Source of the DNA: Chiloscyllium plagiosum
Taxonomy: Eukaryota
Assembly: GCF_004010195.1 (NCBI RefSeq)
Contig: NC_057749.1
Span: forward strand, 18,530,833-18,579,259
Reading direction: 5' to 3'
DNA: 48,427 bases
Shown: one piece after another, positions 35,637 to 48,427 of the stretch
Position numbering within the stretch: position 1 is the stretch's first letter
How the letters are laid out: each line of letters starts with the position of its first letter
Translations under genes and position numbers: made by a program
The notes under the pieces: generated by a model
Seen by the model: the letters and a program-made list of their open reading frames with translations, nothing else
Database searches by the model: none
What the model was told of the DNA's origin: nothing

Positions 35637-37287
35637 GACTTCCTTGAATTGCCTATGGCTGTTCCTAACGTCTCCTCCTTCATTCATTACTGTCAATTAT
35701 AAACCAGAAAATGTGAACACACTAAGTTATTGAAAACAGAGAGTGGCTTAGAGATTAAAACTATTTTTTTAATTTCAGTGGAATCAATTTCTGTCAAGCC
35801 CATGCTTTCCCACTGAGGAGGGAAGTATTATCAAATCACATCAGCTTGTCAGAAAATATCCTTAAAATGAGACTTAAATGAGAAGAATTGGAAGTTTCTT
35901 CTGTTTCCTGCTTCTTTGTGGTGATTCCAATGGCAATAAGACAAAAACTGGCCAGATTTTTCAAGGAGTGGCAACCTCATACAGATTGAATGCTCCATTC
36001 TTTTCCACGCAATTAAAGAGCTCTTCACTTCTGACAGGAGGTTCTGATCAGGCCTCCTTCAGAATAGCAGAGCTACACTTCCATTCTGATAGGTCCTTCA
36101 TAGCAACGAACAGTCAGAGGAAGGCAAACCGTGCCCTGCTGTTCACAGCAGTCAATTGTCTTGTTCTGTAATTTAAATGCCCAGAATCACAGATAGCATT
36201 TCACAGAAACCTGTCACCTCGGCCAAGTACAAAATGGAAGCGCACATTTAGGATGTTGGAATGAGAGGTTGCCAGATGGATTGGTGTAGCATGCCAGAAG
36301 CAGGGTGTCAGGCTGTAAGCTAGGGCTGGTTGTGAGATATTGAGTTCAGCAGAGGCAATGTCACTTCAGACAGCAGGGCAGGCATGTCTGGTTTGGGGTG
36401 AGGAAGCGGGGAGAGAAGAGGCATTGGATTGGAGGTATGTTAGATTGGGGGAGAACTGTTGTGGTGGGATCCAGAGGATGTTGGGGTTGGTTGGGGGGGG
36501 GGAGGGGGGTTCAGAATATAATGGGTTAGGGGGTTGCTGGGGAAGGAGTATGTGGAGGTATGCAAAGTTAGATAGGGGTCAGTTTAATAGTTACTCAACA
36601 GTTAAACCAGGTATTTTACAGTCTAACATTTCCTGAGAAACTGTTCATTTAACTTCAGTGGAACCCCTCCACCATCTCAAATGCTCCAATTTTAATGGAT
36701 ACTTTCAGAGGGCTGCAGGTATAAGGAACTATCCAGTGGATTCTTTAAATTCCCAGGCAATTCATTCAGAGGCTGGTATGACAGGGATTGCACTGGGTTC
36801 ATACTGCAACTCCCTCAATGCCTTCAAAATGATTAGTTGGCAATTGGAAAATCCACACAGTTATCTTTTTTCAGAACACCACAGAAAGATTGTTTGGTTT
36901 TATGCAGGTGTACCATCAAGTGAACAGCTCTTTGACATTCCATTGACATAACAACTTTGATCTGACCATTGTCACAGCGTCAGTAAACTATCCACTAATC
37001 CTGAGGCAGGTAAGAAAAGGCAGGATGCACATGAAGAAACCTTAAGAGGAACCTTGGAAATAAATTAGATACTCTGGAGCTTTACAAAGTTTTGGAACAG
37101 AACTATTATGAACAGACTAATGCAACAACAAGAGGAGTTGATTCTCATTTAATCTTGCCCCCTTAGGAACAAAGTCGGGATGTCACAATACTCCCCAGTA
37201 TATTCCTTGAATACAAATGGTTGGCTGGAAACCATGCCATGATCACAAAAACATGTTTGCCTTCATTCTCCTGATTTCAGGATCACC

Positions 37288-37650
37288 CTGGGCTGAGTGG
37301 TAGTCCTTCCACCTCTATGTCTAAAGGCTTGAGCTCCACCCTGTTAGTCTGAAACTTCATACAGTGGTACCAAGGGAATACAATACTTCAGGTAAGATGT
37401 TAAACCAAGCTCTTGTCTGCTCTCTCAGGTGCTTGTAACTTATTCTGGGGAATATTTTGAAATGCAATTGACTTCAATATCCCAGTTAATATTCATTCTT
37501 CAATAAAAAATCACAACAAATATTCTGAACTTGCTCTTTTGGCTGTTTCTGGGGAAGCTCTCTGTACAAAATTGGTTGCTGGATTGCTTGCATTCAAAAG
37601 TACTTGACTGCTTGTAAAGTGTTGCAGGGCATGCTGAGATTGTGAAAGAC
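37288..37650 (+). mobile_element. Deu-domain SINE remnant
   Basis: ttcaggtaagatgttaaaccaag..gtctgctctctcaggtg; aaattggttgctg..ttcaaaagtact. Confidence 0.55.
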
Positions 37651-39134
37651 AAGTAAGTGATTGTGCTGCCCCCAAAATGAATTAGTTCAAAGTGACATTT
37701 ATGTGTTTCTCCTGACTTTTTAACATTTATTTGGCTGTTCTCAAGGCATAGTTGTGCAAATATTCTTGTGTTCAGAGGTATGTATCATAGCACTGAAGTC
37801 CTACTCTTTTCCAGCCACACGATAGTTAGAACTGACTTATATCCATGACATGATCATTGCTCCTCTCTAACGTAGCCCATTGAGGCAGAACAACACCAAG
37901 AATGGTATTCTATACCCATCATGCACTCAATGTGATTTGACAGGTTCTGAGATTGTGCTTACATCTATAGTAGAATCACAGAATCTTGAATTGTTCCTCC
38001 TCTACCCAACAGTTGTGACATAAAGGATGACTTCTTGGTTCAAAGGGGCTTTTGGTCTAGCCTGAGCTCCAATGTGTATCTATTCCATACACCTGACAGA
38101 TCGTTGCCTTGCTTGAGGGGTCTGGGGAGAATGTGTGTGTAAGTCAATCTGGAATATGGATTAGCAGCCTGACGCACAGCTCCAGATGCTTCATCAGTGC
38201 AGAAGCAAGTCGCATGGGAAAGGAACAGCGAAGAAGGAAATTAATATGACATTAAAACAAGGCATTCTATTTCAGAGCTAATGAAAGCTGACAACAAGTA
38301 CCTATACATGAAAGCAATGCATCTTGCTAGCTTGCCAATTTGTAGACAGACCTTTGATCTCCAGTTTCAAATGCAATGTTACAATTTTATCCAGTGAGTG
38401 ACTCAGGTTCCTCAAAAGGCATCAATGATGAGCAGATCCTGCTACAATTACTAAACAACAGAACATTTTGTCATTGGCATTATTGCATGAGTAGGTTGTG
38501 AAATCTGTGTATTTTTAACATTAGTCATCCACGCACATAGACTGACAACTCTATTTTGGCGCACACAGTGGAGATCCCAGTGATTAACAGCTTTTGAACA
38601 GAGCTTGAAGGCTACATAACCCACAAACAGGAGGATCATTTTTCTCTCGCCTTTTTTTGAAAGGTGAAATCTAATGACACATCTGCAAGCAAAAAGCAAA
38701 GCTAGTCTTCGAGCAAGCACTGATTTTGTCAAGGTGTTGAATTTCTGTATCAATTAAGAGGATGTTTCCTGAAGTTAGTGACACATTGAGAACACAGTGA
38801 ATTGGCAGGATTCCCCAAAGAGAGTTGGAGAAAAACATTAATTCAACTTCTGGCAAAAATAAATCTTGTCAGAAGATCAACTGTAGAATTCTCAGCGTAT
38901 TTTCTTCCACCTCTCCGAATCTACCTTTCAACTGTTTGACAACTAATGATTCTCTGAATCATTATTCCACTGTGATCCCAAAATTTCTGATGGTCAATCA
39001 CAACAGGGAAAACATAACAGCTCCAAGGACCACTGTATTAACTTTGATATCTCCAGGAGTCATAATTGTTGATGAACATTCAAGAAAAAAAACTCATTAC
39101 TCTTCTAACAGCATTTGAGTTACTGTTACATATA

Positions 39135-39849
39135 CAGGTAGTTCTGGGATAACATGCACTTTGGCAGCGCGATTTGGCTATAATGTCGCTGAAGAGTTAG
39201 AGAATGGTATTTTCGATTCCAGCGGGGAAAGGAGAGCACGCTTCATTCTGCACATGTGCTGGTGTCAGCTGCTGACAGAGCAGTTTTTTTTTAAGATTAG
39301 ATTAGATTACAGTGTGAAAACAGGCTCTTCAGCCCAACAAGTCCACACCGACCCGCCGAAGCGCAACCCACCCAGACCCATTCCCCTACATTTAGCATGG
39401 CCAATTCACCTAACCTGCACATTTTTGGACTGCGGGAAGAAACCGGAGCACCCGGAGGAAACCCACACAGACACGGGGAGAATGTGCAAACTCCACACAG
39501 TCAGTCACCTGAGGCAGGAATTGAACCCGGTGCTGTGAGGCAGCAGTGCTAACCACTGTGCCACCGTGCCGCCCACTTTCTGTGAAAGGTGCTGTACAGA
39601 TAGAATAGCTTTCTTACATGTTTTAAATGTACTGTGTTAAATTTACTTGTTTTGTTAATAAATATGATTTTAATCTTCATTCAGATTGTGCTATACTTTG
39701 TGTTAAGACTTTTGGATGATTTTTCAGTGATCATGACTTTTTACTGGCCTGCCCCTATCGCCACTTTTCTCTATTATTTCTATGAAGCAATTTTCTATTA
39801 ACCGAGGTTTCATTGGAACACAACTACTGTGTTATAGGAGAACTACCTG
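39135..39849. mobile_element. Tc1/mariner (Tigger/pogo-like) non-autonomous DNA transposon containing a SINE
   Basis: TIRs caggtagttctgggataaca / tgttataggagaactacctg; left flank TA, right flank CA. Confidence 0.75.
39294..39575 (-). mobile_element. HE1-like SINE
   Basis: Same family as 24038; (agatt)n tail. Confidence 0.9.
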
Positions 39850-40498
39850 CAGGGGGAAAAAAGCATATTTTCTGGGCTGGGTGTTGGGGGGTGGAATATA
39901 ACTGAAAGTTTCCTTGTGGGACTTTTATTATTTGAGATGGGGAGCAAGGGTGGAACAAAACATTTATTTTGTGCTTTTCAAGACCGCACAATGTTCCAAA
40001 ATACATTCGGCCAATGAGGTACTTTTGAAGTCTAGTCACAGTTGTTATGTAGAAAACCAGGCAGTTACCTTGAACACACAGCAAAATCCCACAGAGAGCA
40101 ATGAGATCATCACCAAATAATCAGTTTTTTGTGTAGATTTATTGGCCAGGACTCCCTTGCTTTCCTTTACAATAGTGCCCTGGGAGCTTTTATAGATATT
40201 TCTTAATTAACCTATTTAGTGATGTTATGACATACCTCTGAAGGAGGTGGGACTTGAACCTGGGCCTCTGGATCAGAGGCAGAGACACTACTATGAGTCT
40301 CAACAGCTATTCGATCGGTCAGCGTCATAACTGTAGGTATTTTCTCATCCACCTATTTAGTGATGCTCTTACACCCTCTGGAGCAGGTGGGCCTGTTGCT
40401 CAGAGGTAGGAACACTATCACTGTTAACAATTTTTGAGATTTGTAGCTCAAATTGACGATAAGTATGTAAGTTAGCTCGCTGTGCTGGAAGGTTTGTT

Positions 40499-40540
40499 TT
40501 CAGACGTTTCGTCACCATGACTAGGTAACATCATCAGTGA
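40499..40540 (-). ncRNA. Minimal type I hammerhead ribozyme, core intact
   Basis: Minus strand TCA-CTGATGA-T-GTTACC-tagtcat-GGTGAC-GAAAC-GTC-TGA: stem I 3 bp, stem II 6 bp, palindromic ACGT stem III. Confidence 0.75.
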
Positions 40541-41250
40541 GTGTCTCCGGTGAAGCGCTGGTGGTATTTCCCGCCTCTCTAATTATCGGTCTGGGTTTCT
40601 TAAGGTGGGTGATGTCATTTCCAGTTTTTTTTCAAGGGAAGCTGGATGGGATCTAAATCAATGTGTTTATTGATGGAGTTCTGGTTAGAATGCCATGCCT
40701 CTAAGAATTCTCACGCATGTCTTTGTTTTGCCTGTCCTAGTTTCGCCTGTCGTAGGATGTGTGTTGTCCCAGTCAAAATGGTGTCCTTCTTTGTCTTTAT
40801 GTATGGAAACTAGTGATAGTGGGTCATTTCTTTTGGTGGCCAGTTGGTGTTCATATATCCTGGTGGCAAGTTTCCTGCTTGTTTGTTCGACGTACTGTTT
40901 TTTTTACAGTTGCTGCATGGAATTTTGTAAATGACATTAGTTTTGCTGGTAATACCTAATGGATACTTTGGGTTCATTAGTCACTGTTTAAGAGTGTTGG
41001 AAGGTTTATGGGCTACCATAATGTTGAGTAGTTTGGAAGTCATTTCTGATATGTCTTTGATGTAAAGAAATGTGGCTTAGTTTTTGGTTGTGTTGTATTT
41101 GCTTGTTTGGGTTTGTTTCTGAGGAATCAGTGGATTGTGTTTATTGTGTACCTGTTTTCTTGAAAATACTTTATATGTATTTTTCTTCTGTTGTTTGTAG
41201 TTCTTGGGAGCTGCAGTGTGATGTAGTTCATTGAAACAATGTCTTTTAAC

Positions 41251-41700
41251 TTAGATTAGATTAGATTAATTACAGTGTGGAAACAGGCCCTTCGGCCCAA
41301 CAAGTCCACACCGACCCACCGAAGCGCAATCCACCCATTCCCCTACGTTTACCCCTTACCTAACACTACGGGCAACTTAGCATGGGCCAATTCACCTGAC
41401 CTGCACATCTTTGGACTGTGGGAGGAAACCGGAGCACCCGGAGGAAAACCACGCAGACACGGGGAGAATGTGCAAACTCCACACAGTCAGTCGCCTGAGT
41501 CGGGAATTGAACCCGGGTCGCTGGCGCTGAGAGGCAGCAGTGCTATCCACTGTGCCACCGTGCTTCCCTTAAAACTGGAACACTCAGCGGAAATCCATGC
41601 AGACTCAGGGAGAACGTGGAAACTCCAGAGTCACCCAAGGCTGGAATCAAACCCCAGACCCTGGCACTGTTAGGCAGCAGTGCTAACTACTGCATCACCC
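41251..41700 (-). mobile_element. HE1-like SINE (41251-41563) plus an older SINE head (41570-41700)
   Basis: Two successive tRNA-like heads (ggcagcagtgcta..ccactg) within the Penelope ORF. Confidence 0.85.
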
Positions 41701-43082
41701 TAAATATCCCCAGTCTTGATGCAGCTCAATTTGTGGGTGTTGGGATGATTGCTTCTGAAGTATTTGGTCTGTGTTTGTTGTTTTTCTGTAGACGCGGGTT
41801 TGAAATTCCCCGTTAAATGTACATTCAACTGTCACATCGAGGAATGGGAGTCTGTTGTCATTCTCCTCCTCTTTTGTGAATTTTATGCCTGTCAGGATAT
41901 TGTTATTGGTGTTGTATACTTCCTCTAATTTGTTCCATTTTGTGATGACAAAGTTGTCATCGATGTAGCGGACCCACAGTTTGGGTTGGATAGATACCAT
42001 CACTGTACCACAAGAGCCCAGTGGGAGTTTTGATATGCAAGCGAATAGGTGGGACGTTGGTTTAATGTCTCATGTGAAAGAAGGCACTTCTGACAGAGCA
42101 CTGCTCCCTCAGTCTTGCACAGTATCAGCCTTGATCTCAAGTCCTGAAGAGGGAGTCAAACTCACAACTCACTCAAAGGCAAAATGTCAATTGAGCTACA
42201 GCAGACACATTAACATATGCTGACGTGGCTTCAGTGAGCGTGTGTAAAATAATTCCAGAATTTGTTCACAATAAGAAGGTAGAAACTTAGAACAAACACT
42301 CTCATAACTAGCAGTGACATGTGTTAATTAATTGTAGATACCTCAAAGACAAGAACACTTATGAACAAGCTGTTCCCTTCCTCCAACAAGAATTTACCAA
42401 TCATCAAATCTTTCCAATTAATTTAATTCTCCCTGGGGAAGATGCTGAAAAAAAGGTAGACTACTAATACGATTAAGATATGGCAACCATTTTGATAGAC
42501 TACCACAGAAAATGCATGCGCATGAATTTAGTGTTACAACAGTTACATTATATTCCCAAGGTCTCTGAAGTACAAGAATAATTTATGTGCTGCATATAAA
42601 CACAAGTAATTATACAATCCAAAACTCAGTTTTTTCCTCAATAATGTCAAATAAATAAATCAATACAAAATCAATTGCTTTTATTTTCTGGTGCATATTT
42701 CTATATGCTGTAGAAAACAACAGCATACAATGCAGACATGCAGATAGTCTATTTAACAAAGCACTGACCTGAACAGAGGGCTTAGATGATCATTATAAAC
42801 CACTCATGCTTTGCTTTTCCTTCACAAAATTATTGCTCAGCTCATCACTCCCAAGCATCCACTTCTCTACGGATTTGGAGGAAACATCACCACCAAAATT
42901 AATAGGCTACTTATCTAGTTCGCTAGTTAGAACGAGTTGCTGCATTTCCTGCCAAAGTGACTATTTCAAATATAAGCAGTAGACTGTGAAACACAGGTGC
43001 CCTGAGAGTGAACAGATCTTCATAAATAGTTTTACTTATTACAAGACTACGTGCAACTGTCCAGTCAATGATCCTGTTATGA

Positions 43083-43477
43083 GGTAAAAACAATGACTGC
43101 AGATGCTGGAAACCAGATTCTGGATTAGTGGTGCTGTTCAGGCAGCATCCAAGGAGCAGTAAAATCTACATTTTGGGCAAAAGCCCTTCATCAGGAATAA
43201 AGGCAGAGAGCCAGAACCGTGGAGAGATAAGCTAGAGGGTGGGGGTGGGGAGAAAGTAGCATAGAGTACAATAGGTGAGTGGGGGAGGGGATGAAGGTGA
43301 TAGGTCAGGGAGGAGAGGGTGGAATGGATAGGTGGAAAAGGAGATAGGCAGGTCGGACAAGTCCGGACAAGTCATGGGGATAGTGCTGAGCCGGAGATGT
43401 TCCCTAACGCGCTCTGCTAGGAGGCGCCCAGTCTCCCCAATATAGAGGAGACCGCATCGGGAGCAACGGATACAATG
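43083..43477 (-). mobile_element. Penelope 3' fragment
   Basis: cctgatgaagggcttttgcccaaaat hammerhead-like; CIRCSRCGLLYIGETGR GIY-YIG reading. Confidence 0.85.
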
Positions 43478-44699
43478 TGTCCAGTTGGCTCTGATTTCAG
43501 TTTCTTTACTCCGACCTCCCTATATTCTACCTGGGAATCTATTCCAAGTCTTGGTTAATCTTTCTGACATCAGACTGCAATTTGCCTTTGAATTGATTTG
43601 TTTTACTCAACTTGGTTTCAACTTACACTGCTTTATTATACTGTCAAGTATATCTTTACAATTTTACATGTCTTAATGACCATCTTCCACGGATCTTCTT
43701 TCAAAAATAAGAAGCTCAACTATTTCCAAACATCCAAATGAGGAAATCCCTTTGTGATTCATCTTCATGTTTCCTGCAGCGCTTGCTAATCTTTGTGTCA
43801 CTGACTAAAAGAGGACACTGTACTCGAGGTATTCTAACCAGAGGCCCAGTAGGGTTTGTTTGACTTGCTTTCTATAAGCTTTGGCTATGGAGTTAAACAT
43901 AATACTATTTTAAATAATTGCTGCTCCAAGTTGGAGATGCTGTAAAACTTGAGTCTTCTTTAGCAAATTTTTGTACCACAACAAATAGTAAAAGATTGGA
44001 CTTTAGACCAAACAATTCACGACCTGAGGATGTCCCAAAGCACTTTACAATCAATTAAGTACTTTGAAATGCGGTCCGTGTTTTCATGCATAATTTGATT
44101 ATTTTATCTATGGATTGGTTCAGTTGACCATTTTTCCTTTCAATATGCAGCACTTCATATAATTTAATCTAATATATAATTTAATTAAATGTTACACCCT
44201 CTTTTACTGCTCATTTAGAAATTTTGTTTAAATAAGTCCAGAATTTCAAGGCTACTCTCCCCAGATCCACCTCCCTCCTGTTTTGGCACTTTGCATCATG
44301 TCAGAGGTCCAGACGTTTAAATAAATTAGCACAGTGACTGGTTTCTATCTAATGAGGACGGTGGAAAAGAATTTAACACAGCATTTAGGGAAAAGTAGCT
44401 GCCTTCAATATGGTCAATCTCTTAAGAGAAAATGTTGGGTGTCAAACACAGCTGTTCAGGGGAAATAATCAAGAGCGTTCATAGAAATCTAGTCCACAAT
44501 GAACTCCCAAATGGTTTAAAATAAAATTGCATCGGAAATTATCTCAGTGCAATACTGCACAGATTCTAATATTGCGTAGTTCACATGAAGGTCACCATAC
44601 AACATCCAGATTTTATTGCACAAAACAGTTTTCACCAAATATGGAGCTTCAGCCGGAGTTGCTGCAGTCAGATCAGAGCCTCTTAAATTGCATTGATGT

Positions 44700-45010
44700 T
44701 ACTTATTTTTTAAAACAAACTCTGGGTATCCAAGAACAACTGTTATAAAATCAGATAGGCAGAAGCTGATTGTGACACAGCAAGCTTCACAAACAGCAAT
44801 GTGATAATACAATATGAAATAGTGGCAGGTTGAAGTCATTCAGCCCCTTCAAGCCAGTTGCAACATTGAATAAAATCATGACTAATCATTAACTTCAACT
44901 CCACCTCAAAAAAAAATCAGATAATCTATTTTAGTGATGTTAGCTGTGGGACAAATATTGGCTGGGTAACAACTTCACTGCTCCTATTTAAAACAGCATG
45001 GAATTTTAAA
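44700..45010 (-). mobile_element. Deu-domain SINE remnant with a short CR1 3' tail inserted
   Basis: cacagcaagcttcacaaacagcaatgtgataat ... cagataatctattttagtgatgtt..gggacaaatattggc. Confidence 0.55.
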
Positions 45011-46200
45011 CATGTCTTAGAATCTTGAGGATGACAGTCCAGGCTGACAGACAGTGGGAGGTATGGTGATGGTAGACTCCCCTCTATTGGTAGATCACGT
45101 TTTGGTGGACTTCTGCAATTGCGTTACCTCATTGCCTAGATGATCCAACTGTGCCATGAACTCATCCTTGGAGGGGCAATTCCTTGATATATTATAGAAC
45201 CGTTCTTTGAGCGTTATAGAACACGATGGCCAGAATGTACACTGAAGGAAGTTCCTGCTCACTCAACCTCCAGAACGGACAGAGTAGCCCTTCTTGATTC
45301 TGACTACTTGTGCCAGAGATCCACTGTCACGGTGCCACACTCATCTGTCTTGTACCATCCTCAAACATCCACCGTAACCTGTCTGAAACCACTGTGTGAT
45401 ATCCGTCACCCAAGTGCACCTCCGTTGATCCCTCTTTCTGCAGTCACCCACTTTGCCCTGGAGAAGGGATTTCTGTAGCTCTTCAGTTTTGGTCAAATCG
45501 CTGAAAAACTGACCATTGCTTTTCTAGGTGTCACCTTTGAGAGTCCTTTTTGCTCTTGCAATTTCAAACACCTTTTCACTTGCCCATGTATGGAATTTTC
45601 AGCATACACCATGGCATTCCCATTTCAAGGGTCTCTATTTCCTTTCATTTTTATTTATCACCCAGGTTTCTAAGGCAAATAGCAAAGTGGATAGAATGTA
45701 GCATCTTATGAGCTTATCTTTAAGCAGTTAATATGAAAAGGGAACAGAAGGTCTTTGACAATCTCATATTGTTAAGTGATACCATTTAGATATTTCCATT
45801 ATTCTGGTTGATATGGAATACTCACATCTAACTTTGGATGTAGCCAAAACGTCTGCTATAGATTCTACTTTATTAGTTATTGGCCAGAACAATTAAACAT
45901 CAAATTCTGATAAACACATTGAGGGTCAGTAACAAGAGGATGCAGGTTAACATGATTGGCAAAAGATGTGTGCGTACAGTGAGAGAGTGAGAGATTCTTT
46001 ATGCAATGAGTTATAATCTAGAAAGGTCAACAGAACTAGATTCAATAGCATCTTTAAAAAAGCAATTGTGCAAAGATTTGCAGGGTAATGGAGAAAAAGC
46101 AGGGACTAAAGGCAAAGTTGAGACCTTAATGGTGACTTCAGCTGGTGCAGAAATCGAACCCACATTGTTGGCATTACAAATCGGCCGTCCAGCCAAATAA

Positions 46201-46522
46201 GGTAACTGCCTCACGGTGCCAGGGACCCAGGTTTGATTTCATGCTCAGGTGACTGTGCGGAGTTTGCACATTGTCCCCGTGCCTGCATGGGTTTCCCCCA
46301 GGTGCTCCAGTTTCCTCTCTCAGTCCAACAATGTGCAGGTTAGGTGGGTTTGCCATGCTAAATAATCCCACAGTGTCCAGTGATATGCAGGCTCGGTGGA
46401 TTAACCATGGTAAATGCAGGGTCAGATGGATCGGGTGGGTCTGGGTGGGATGCACCTCAGAGGGTGGGTGCAGATATGATGGGTGAATGGCCTCTAACTG
46501 CACTGTTGGGATTCTATGATTT
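46201..46522 (+). mobile_element. Older HE1-like SINE
   Basis: ctgcctcacggtgccagggacccaggtttgattt; ggagtttgcacatt; gggattctatga tail. Confidence 0.8.
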
Positions 46523-47729
46523 CATGAAATAATATGACTGGAATTAATTAGACAGCTCTTTCAAAGAGACAGAATGCTGGATTGAATGGCCTCTATAATT
46601 CTGTCTGCCAAACTGTTAATTTTATCCGCTGCAAAACAAAGATCAAAACTTCCTCTAATCAGTGCTGCTCCCAGCAACTAAGAATGGTGCATTTGTTGAT
46701 GCAATGTGGAGTGGCATTGTTACAATTAAAGTTATGTTTCCCTGAACTTTAACATTTGTTTGTAACCTTTGGTAGGTTCAGCAATACTGAAGAGTAACAC
46801 ATGGAACAGTGCATGTATAGCACAGGTCAGAAAGTCAAGGCAACAAATATCAAAACTAAAGAGGATTCCAAAAATGTAAAGTTTCCACAGTCCCAGAGGA
46901 CAATAGAACTGCCCTTTCATCAGGAAGAAATGACTGGTGACAAGGTTAACATGATGGCTACCATGTCTTATAGGAACATTAGAACAGGATGAGGCCATTC
47001 AGCCCCTCAAGCCTGTTCTGCCAATTAACACGATCAAGGCCTGTGGGCCTCCACCTACCTGCCTCCAGCCCACATTCCTTATCACCTTTGCTGAACATTT
47101 ATTTATTGCTTCAGGAGAGGGGAAGAGGTTCAGAAGAAAAGTACTCTTTGGGGATTTGAACCCATGTTGCTGGCGTCACTTTGCATTGCAAACCAGCTGT
47201 CTAGCCAACTGAGCCAGCCAAAAGAATTCTACGTTGTGCTAAAGTCTTTACAGCTTTGTGTACAGCATTTGACTTAGCCAACACTGAAAGATCAAAGAAT
47301 TGATTGTAGATTGCAAAAGACTATAATCGAGTTCTCTCATTATAAAGTAGCTAGTCTATTTTATTCTAATGATCCTCTCAATACGGGCCAACGTAACAAG
47401 AATCAGTCATCAATGGTTTAAAATCTAGTCAAACCTGCCCACAGGAATGTGTCAATCTAGGTCATTGGACCAGCTAACCTGGTTCTGTTTTAATACATGA
47501 TTCTCATTCAAGACTACCTCCCCTTAACCACTTATATGCAAATCTATCAACATGATAATTTTCAATCCCTCACACCCTCGCATCCCATTTTGCATACAGT
47601 TCAGTTGCTGTAAAAACCCCAGGACTGAATCTTACCATATTCTGGACAGGTTGTTTCCGTTGAATTTCAAGGAGGGTTTCTATCCAAAAGGCATCGTGGG
47701 TTTTCTTGCTCGACTGTTCAAATCTCATC

Positions 47730-48120
47730 TCATTAATTCCCTACCACATTTGCAGGGTGACCCACTCATCGGATGCTGAACCAATTTTCCCACTCGTCAT
47801 ATCTGGAAATTCTCGTCACTACTTGGATATCCTGGCAGTCCTGGTGCCAGTCCCATTAGCGAGAGGCTGGTTCCCTGTACATGGCCACACAAATCTTGCT
47901 GAAGTCAATGGCAGATGAGGGAAGCTGGCACCTTACTCTGTGGTCAGGGACCTCAAGGACTTGGTGGACAGAATGGTACAGACAAAGGCAGTTGTTTTCC
48001 TACAGGACTGTCAGACGACATCAAGCCACCAGACACCGCCAGCCTGAGGTGCCACCTGTTTCCACTGTTCCAAGGAGTGCCCAGCAGTGCAGGAGGATCA
48101 ATGACCTTGTTTCTTAATCC
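47730..48120 (+). mobile_element. Possible decayed PIF/Harbinger transposase fragment
   Basis: SGNSRHYLDIL..VP (cf. PGSxHDxxIL) and TDKG...KPPDTA (cf. GDKGYP..P..P.T) in expected order; weak. Confidence 0.35.
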
Positions 48121-48427
48121 AGGGTAAGTGCCACTATCTTCTCTCTGCAACCTCACAGTTACTCAATCTCTGCTACTGCGCTCACCTCTACCAAGGCCAA
48201 TGCTCAAACACTCAAAATTGCATGCAGCACCCACCAACACTCTCTCTCACCCAACCCAACAGCTCAGGCTATCAATCTTGCATGTTCTCTGCACTGCTCA
48301 CTCATTGATTGGGGATAGCAAACTAATTTTTCCCACTTACACCATTACTAATGTGGAGAGGGGTGTGTGTGGTTTTGAGCGGGAGGGAGGAGCATGTGGG
48401 GGGTAGGGGCGTGTGGGTGTGGGGGAG

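Larger units (their letters stand above)
40425..41998 (-). mobile_element. 5'-truncated Penelope-like element (RT + GIY-YIG + hammerhead-bearing end)
   Basis: WVRYIDDNFVI..IKFTKEEENDNRLPFLDV..VYRKTTNTD; TNVIYKIPCSNC/QYVEQTSRKLATRIYEH; 8-bp TSD atcactgt (40417-40424, 41999-42006). Confidence 0.92.
39955..42200 (-). mobile_element. Deu-domain SINE split into 39955-40195 and ~42015-42200 by nested insertions
   Basis: gccaatgaggtacttttgaag..tagtcac, attggccaggac in left piece; ggtttaatgtctcatgtgaaag, cactgctccctcagt in right piece. Confidence 0.6.

Overview
Repeat-rich non-genic eukaryotic DNA, most likely from a shark (HE1-type tRNA SINEs, abundant CR1 LINEs, Deu-domain SINEs, Penelope-like elements). 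No host protein-coding gene is supported. The main finding is a heavily decayed endogenous hepadnavirus-like element on the minus strand at ~15260-22150, probably nackednavirus-type (non-enveloped). With four later insertions set aside (solo LTR, Penelope element, 32-bp minisatellite, flanking LINE), ~2.5 kb remains. It reads collinearly as RNase H -> TATA/small-ORF region -> core -> terminal protein -> reverse transcriptase, i.e. a near-full, circularly permuted genome with almost no TP-RT spacer. The window also holds Penelope termini with minimal hammerhead ribozyme motifs (one apparently intact), a Gypsy RT relic split by a 19-bp minisatellite, a Tigger-like MITE, a four-level nested insertion and a 500-N gap. 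All protein matches are by-eye motif comparisons from memory, not database searches.
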